Positions 6,360 through 10,838 of a stretch of 10,838 bases of DNA are shown in pieces. The number at the start of each line of letters is the position of its first letter. The stretch's first letter is position 1. This DNA is from Fidelibacterota bacterium (lineage in GTDB: Bacteria; Fidelibacterota; Marinisomatia; Marinisomatales; TCS56), in NCBI GenBank assembly GCA_043822705.1, contig JBDRBK010000187.1, positions 1 through 10,838 of the forward strand, in the 5' to 3' direction. Below the pieces are notes generated by a model that saw only the letters and a program-made list of their open reading frames with translations, had not been told where the DNA came from and made no database searches. The position numbers and the translations under genes were made by a program.

Positions 6360-8007
6360 TGCTGTGCTCGAATACTCTTTGGGCCGTGGCCCGATCGGCG
6401 GCGGTAATATTACTACCAGCGATCAGCCGGGCCAGGTCGGTGATTCTTTCATCCCGGCTCAGATAAGCCGCGGATACTGTGGTGACACTGCCCTTGATCG
6501 TTTTCTCGACCAGCAGATGCTGGTGGGCTCGGGCGGCGATCTGGGGCAGATGCGTGATGCAGATGACTTGCTTGGTCTGTGCCAGGCGCGCCAGACTGGC
6601 GGCCACTAACTCGGCGGCTGTTCCCGATATGCCGGTATCAATTTCGTCGAAAATCAGCGTTTCCACCGGATCGCTGGTCTGTAGAACGGTCTTGATCGCC
6701 AGCATTATCCTGGATATTTCGCCGCCGGATGCGATCGCCGCCAGCGGTTTCGTGCGCTCGCCGGGATTGGCGCTCAGGAAAAACTCCACATTATCGTAGC
6801 CGTCGGCCAGAAAGCGCACCAATCGGCCGTCGACCGAAATCGGCGAATCAGTTTCGGCGACCTGGGCGATTCTGATCTCAAAGCGCGCACCGGGCATCTG
6901 CAGCCGATGCATCTCGGCCTCGATTGCGGCGGAAAGCCGCTCGACCGCCGATACTCGACACTGATGAGCGGAATCGGCCAGGGTCTGATACTCTTGATAC
7001 AATTCCCTAATCTGTTTTTCCAGAGCGCCGATCTGCCCGTGCAGTCCCGTCAGACTGCTTAATTCCTGATCGATTTCCACGCGATATTCCAGGACCCTGG
7101 CCAGCGTTCCGCCGTATTTCCGTTTCAGCGCTTCCAGTGCCAGCAGGCGATCTTCGATCTCCCGCAGGCGGTCCTGATCGTGGTCCAGTGCCTGGGCATG
7201 ACGCTGCAATCCGGAATTGGCTTCCTGCAGATTGATGGAAGCATCATTCAACAGTTGCAGAGTGTCCTGCAACCCGGCATCATATTTCACCAGTCGTTCC
7301 AGTTCCCGGATCGCACCGAACAGCCGGTCCTGGATCGCGTCCTCGTCCGCCGTAATGATCCGGTTAATCGATTCCACCGCAGTCAGCAATTCTTCCCGAT
7401 GGCTGGCCAGTTTGAATTCTTCGCCGAGCCGGATATCCTCATCCAGCTTCGGGGCGACCGCCAGGATTTCCTTCAACTGGAAGTCCAATAATTGGCGGCG
7501 CTGTTCGGAGTGCTGCTGACGCAGTCGTGCATCGTTCAGTGTCTTCCTGGTATTATCGATGGTAGTATAGCAGTTTTTCAGGGCCGCAACCGTTTCCCCG
7601 TTACCGCAATAATCATCCAGGTAGCTGATATGGGTGGATTTGTCCATGATCAGTTGCTGTTCATGCTGGCCGTGAAAATCGGCCTGCCGGCGGGTTTGGG
7701 AAATAAAGGAAGTTTCCTCGACCGGTTCATCATTGATGAAATTTCTGGTCCGCCCCCGGGCTGGCATAACACGATACACGGTGATTTGCTGACGCGCTCC
7801 CGAGAATACCGTTTCAACCGTGGCCTGGCGGACATCGGTCTTGACCATCAGACGATTGGGGGGTGCACCCAGGGAGACGCCGAGGGCCTGCAGGATAATC
7901 GATTTCCCGGCTCCGGTCTCACCGGTAAGAACGGTCAACCCGGGCTGAAAATCGATTTCCAGCTCGTCGATAATCGCGAAATTCCGGATGTGAATACGTT
8001 CAATCAT
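6352..8007 (-). CDS. recN: DNA repair protein RecN
   Basis: IRNFAII, Walker A GETGAGKS, Q-loop HGQHEQ, long coiled coil, ABC signature ASGGEISR, Walker B LIFDEIDTG and CITHLPQIAA. 551 aa. Confidence 0.97.
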   Translation of the reverse strand: MIERIHIRNFAIIDELEIDFQPGLTVLTGETGAGKSIILQALGVSLGAPPNRLMVKTDVRQATVETVFSGARQQITVYRVMPARGRTRNFINDEPVEETSFISQTRRQADFHGQHEQQLIMDKSTHISYLDDYCGNGETVAALKNCYTTIDNTRKTLNDARLRQQHSEQRRQLLDFQLKEILAVAPKLDEDIRLGEEFKLASHREELLTAVESINRIITADEDAIQDRLFGAIRELERLVKYDAGLQDTLQLLNDASINLQEANSGLQRHAQALDHDQDRLREIEDRLLALEALKRKYGGTLARVLEYRVEIDQELSSLTGLHGQIGALEKQIRELYQEYQTLADSAHQCRVSAVERLSAAIEAEMHRLQMPGARFEIRIAQVAETDSPISVDGRLVRFLADGYDNVEFFLSANPGERTKPLAAIASGGEISRIMLAIKTVLQTSDPVETLIFDEIDTGISGTAAELVAASLARLAQTKQVICITHLPQIAARAHQHLLVEKTIKGSVTTVSAAYLSRDERITDLARLIAGSNITAADRATAQRVFEHSNG

Positions 8008-8374
8008 TCCCCTGAATGCGTCTTAAAGGTATACCAATTCCCAATCCAATCCAAATTCCGAAATTATCAGCAATCAGGTCAAGTATATCAGGATTGCGCC
8101 CGGGGATAAAGGATTGCCAGAATTCATCGAAGGCGGCAAAGGCCAGCCCGCCAATGAGTAGCAACAACACACTCTTAAGGTTAATCTTGATCAGACAGCG
8201 GCTGGCAAACAAACCGGCTACGGCGTACTCCATCAGATGGAGCAATTTATCATAACTGAAAATTTTGGATTGGGGAAAGGACCGGCCCGGAATACTTGAC
8301 CCCAGAATTATCAGGGCTAAGTAGATAATCAGGATCAACCGGTAGCGGTTACCGAAGCGATCTGGTTCAGCCAT
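8000..8374 (-). CDS. VanZ family membrane protein
   Basis: Hydrophobic 124 aa protein with DKLLH..EY, DEFWQSFIPGR and D..DLIADNFG, the VanZ-like signature. SD GGAG at 8380-8383. Confidence 0.88.
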   Translation of the reverse strand: MAEPDRFGNRYRLILIIYLALIILGSSIPGRSFPQSKIFSYDKLLHLMEYAVAGLFASRCLIKINLKSVLLLLIGGLAFAAFDEFWQSFIPGRNPDILDLIADNFGIWIGLGIGIPLRRIQGND

Positions 8375-8764
8375 TTATTCTCCGGCCTGGTCTGTTAATA
8401 CTCTCAAAAGTGCGGTTGCCGTGGCATAATCGCCGGTGTGGGCGATGCTGACTTTACAATCCAGTCGGCTGGCATTTTCCTGGTCGATCCGGACCAGCGG
8501 CGCACCGCTGCCACTGCGAATAATCTCAATCCGGTTCAGCGGCAGGTTATCCACCGCCCCGGATGCCAGTAAAGCCTTTTTGACGGCTTCTTTGGCAGCG
8601 AAGCGTCCGGCATAATGAATATCCGGCTGGGGCATGGAGTCGCAATATTCAACTTCGATCGGAGAATAGGCATGACGGCGGAAGCTCCCGGGATATTTCT
8701 TCAGAATGTCAGCTATTCGCGGTACGGAAACGATGTCGGTACCGACAAACCAGTCATCAACCAT
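8375..8764 (-). CDS. acpS: Holo-[acyl-carrier-protein] synthase (AcpS-type 4'-phosphopantetheinyl transferase)
   Basis: GTDIV, YAGRFAAKEAVKKAL, SGAP and VSIAHTGDYATA motifs. 129 aa. Confidence 0.95.
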   Translation of the reverse strand: MVDDWFVGTDIVSVPRIADILKKYPGSFRRHAYSPIEVEYCDSMPQPDIHYAGRFAAKEAVKKALLASGAVDNLPLNRIEIIRSGSGAPLVRIDQENASRLDCKVSIAHTGDYATATALLRVLTDQAGE

Positions 8765-9440
8765 TTAATCCACGGACGATGTCCACCAGTTCGTAAATAT
8801 CATTGACGTCCCAGTTGGCACCGGATGCCTCGATCCGGCCGAAAGCATCACCGTAGCGGGCATAAATCGTCCGGATGCCCAATTGCTGGCCGCCGACCAT
8901 ATCCCGCTCCGGCCAGTCACCGACCATCAGCGCCTGCCCGGCGGTGATGCCGAGTTTATCAAGCGCCAATTGGAACGGTCGCGGCGATGGTTTATGTTCA
9001 CCGGTATCATCAAAAGTGATGATATGGTCGAATATATGATGCAGATTCAGATAATAGATTCTCAGCCAGGCTTCGCGGCTGGGCGCGTCGGAGACTACCG
9101 CCAGTTTCAGCCCCATCTTCATCAGTTGAATCAGAGTTTTGCTGACATTCGGATAAGTCGTCAGATTCGCTTCGCGGTTGCGCCGGTACGCTACAATGGC
9201 GGCAGCCAGAATCTTGTTATCGATCCGACCGATCCGGGCTTTCAGAAAATCGTCGAAAACCAACTGGTTTTCCCAACCATGATCGTTGTACAACTGAATG
9301 ATATCGGCGAAAGCGACATCTTCGGTGATCGTAAGGCCGGCATCGATCATGGCGCCGACAGCGGCACGGACCGCCCGCTTTTTCATCGTCATAAAATCCA
9401 GAAGCGTATTATCGAGATCAAATATTACCGCTTTAATCAC
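8757..9440 (-). CDS. HAD-superfamily hydrolase, subfamily IA (TIGR02253-like)
   Basis: Motif I FDLDNTL, motif II VVSD, motif III KPSP and motif IV MVGDWPERD. GTG start at 9438-9440. Confidence 0.92.
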   Translation of the reverse strand: MIKAVIFDLDNTLLDFMTMKKRAVRAAVGAMIDAGLTITEDVAFADIIQLYNDHGWENQLVFDDFLKARIGRIDNKILAAAIVAYRRNREANLTTYPNVSKTLIQLMKMGLKLAVVSDAPSREAWLRIYYLNLHHIFDHIITFDDTGEHKPSPRPFQLALDKLGITAGQALMVGDWPERDMVGGQQLGIRTIYARYGDAFGRIEASGANWDVNDIYELVDIVRGLNG

Positions 9441-9481
9441 AAACGAATTTCTTGAAAATTTTGACCCTGTCGGGCCCCGGT

Positions 9482-10795
9482 CTATTCTTCGTATTTGTCC
9501 GGATTTTTGATGCGATCGATCTCATATTCGGCGATCCGCCGCCAACGGCTGTCATTCCGTGCTCTTTCCAGAGCATTCAGGGCTCGCGTGCGATCGCCTT
9601 TTCCGTTACAGTAGTAGGCTACTCCCAGCTCGATCAGGGCCGGAGCGTAATTAGCACGGATTTCCACCGCTTTCTGTGAACAGCGAATGGCATTTTCACA
9701 ATCTTTGACCTTGTTGTAAGACAGGGCCAGATTGTACCAGGCATTAATCGATTTCGGATCGAAGCTGACCGCTTTTTCCAACTCCAGAACCGCTTTATCC
9801 CACTGCTCCAGTTTGGTATAAGCCGCACCCAGATTCTCCATGGCCTGGGCATAGGTCGGATCGATCGATATCGACATCTGCAGCTTATCGATCGCCTGTT
9901 CATATTGCTGTCGCTCAAGGTAGATTTCCCCCATCCCCGAGTACGCCTTGGAATACGTCGGATTCACGTCGATAGTTTTTTGGAAGGATTCCAGTGCTTT
10001 TTCTATGTTATCGATTTTTTTATATGCCAGCCCCAGACCAAACCAGCCTTTGTCAAAAGTCGGTGTAATGTCCAAGGCCCGTTGATAATAGTCGATGGCC
10101 TGATCCACATCACCCATTTTGGTCAAGATGACTCCGATCTGATAGCAGGCCTGGAAAAAATTCGGATCGTATTCGAGCACCTTGTTGTAGGCGGCCAGCG
10201 CTCCTTCCAGATCGCCCCGGCGATAGAGATTATTACCGTCGTTGAAAGTGTTCTTCACGACCGTACTGATCGCAGTCTGGGCATTGGCGAACTCAGGGTT
10301 GATCTCCAGTGCCTTCGTGAAATCGGTAATCGCGGCATCGTATTCCTTCTGGCGGATCTTGATGCCCCCCATGCTGTAGGCGGCATTGGCGAAAAATGGG
10401 AACTTAGCCAATACTTTGGAAAATGATTCGTAGGCTGCATCCAGCTCGCTGCTGTTAAGATAACGGTTGCCCTCGCTCATCATTGAATTGATCTCATTCA
10501 CCCGTTCGAATTCTTTACGGTACTCCTCATTTTCCGCATCGACATCGATCGCCTGGCGAAAAAATTTCTGGGAATTTTCCATATCGCCCGTATACAGATA
10601 CAGCAAGGCCAGTTTAAACAACGCCGGTGCAAAAGTCGGATCGAGCTCGATTGCCTTTTTGAAGGCTTCTTCCGCCAGTGAAAATTGCTTGGCATTCATG
10701 TTGGTCTCACCGGTGGTAATATATTGTTCCGGTGTCTGAGCAAATACAATCCCCAATAAAAGTATGCTGGAGAGTAATATTTTAACTGTTTTCAT
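9482..10795 (-). CDS. Secreted/periplasmic tetratricopeptide repeat protein (~11 TPRs)
   Basis: Sec-type signal peptide MKTVKILLSSILLLGIVFA-Q, followed by 34-aa units ending AIELDPTF, ALEINPEF, VLEYDPNF, ALDITPTF, TIDVNPTY, SISIDPTY, AVSFDPKS and others. Strong SD upstream. Confidence 0.93.
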   Translation of the reverse strand: MKTVKILLSSILLLGIVFAQTPEQYITTGETNMNAKQFSLAEEAFKKAIELDPTFAPALFKLALLYLYTGDMENSQKFFRQAIDVDAENEEYRKEFERVNEINSMMSEGNRYLNSSELDAAYESFSKVLAKFPFFANAAYSMGGIKIRQKEYDAAITDFTKALEINPEFANAQTAISTVVKNTFNDGNNLYRRGDLEGALAAYNKVLEYDPNFFQACYQIGVILTKMGDVDQAIDYYQRALDITPTFDKGWFGLGLAYKKIDNIEKALESFQKTIDVNPTYSKAYSGMGEIYLERQQYEQAIDKLQMSISIDPTYAQAMENLGAAYTKLEQWDKAVLELEKAVSFDPKSINAWYNLALSYNKVKDCENAIRCSQKAVEIRANYAPALIELGVAYYCNGKGDRTRALNALERARNDSRWRRIAEYEIDRIKNPDKYEE

Positions 10796-10800
10796 TAATA

Positions 10801-10807
10801 TCCTCCT
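10801..10807 (-). promoter_or_regulatory. Shine-Dalgarno AGGAGGA for the TPR gene
   Basis: Plus-strand tcctcct at 10801-10807, 5 nt from the ATG at 10793-10795. Confidence 0.85.
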
Positions 10808-10809
10808 GT

Positions 10810-10838
10810 TGGTGCCGAAGGCGGGATTCGAACCCGCA
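10810..10838 (-). tRNA. 3' part of a tRNA, probably tRNA-Leu (5' part and anticodon outside window)
   Basis: Minus strand reads T-GCGGG-TTCGAAT-CCCGC-CTTCGGC-A-CCA: perfect T stem and loop, acceptor 3' strand, discriminator A and encoded CCA. The CTTCGGCACCA end matches Leu tRNAs that begin GCCGAAG. The isotype is inferred without the anticodon. Confidence 0.85.

Noticed and set aside
8000..8374. VanZ as evidence of a glycopeptide resistance cluster
   Set aside because: No vanHAX or vanRS genes are present; stand-alone VanZ-like proteins are widespread.
7492..10426. Other long antisense ORFs (7492-8109, 8883-9455, 9905-10426)
   Set aside because: Shadows of recN/vanZ, the HAD gene and the TPR gene, with no independent motifs.
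1..10838. Novel defence system, CRISPR array, prophage or biosynthetic cluster
   Set aside because: No repeat-spacer array, integrase, transposase, nuclease or PKS/NRPS gene was seen. acpS and the crotonase are ordinary primary-metabolism types, and the SMC-like protein is canonical RecN.

Overview
Mostly core chromosomal DNA from a bacterium; the MurA CAWGPRP loop is compatible with an FCB-group lineage, but that is inference only. The right ~9.8 kb is one tightly packed minus-strand run: 3' end of a tRNA (probably Leu), secreted ~11-repeat TPR protein, HAD hydrolase, acpS, VanZ-family protein, recN, murA, trkA, trkH, enoyl-CoA hydratase and methylmalonyl-CoA epimerase. Most junctions overlap or abut. 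Converging on it from the left are three plus-strand genes: the C-terminus of a beta-carbonic anhydrase, a two-TM protein with a CxxC...HGxCxxC domain, and a DUF2164 protein. I see no mobile element, CRISPR array or clearly new multi-gene system. The most unusual details are a probable non-canonical (ATT) start or +1 frameshift for the membrane Cys-domain gene, a tRNA CCA end only 2 nt from the SD of the first operon gene, an archaeal-type (TIGR02253-like) HAD hydrolase, and apparent CGATCG enrichment.
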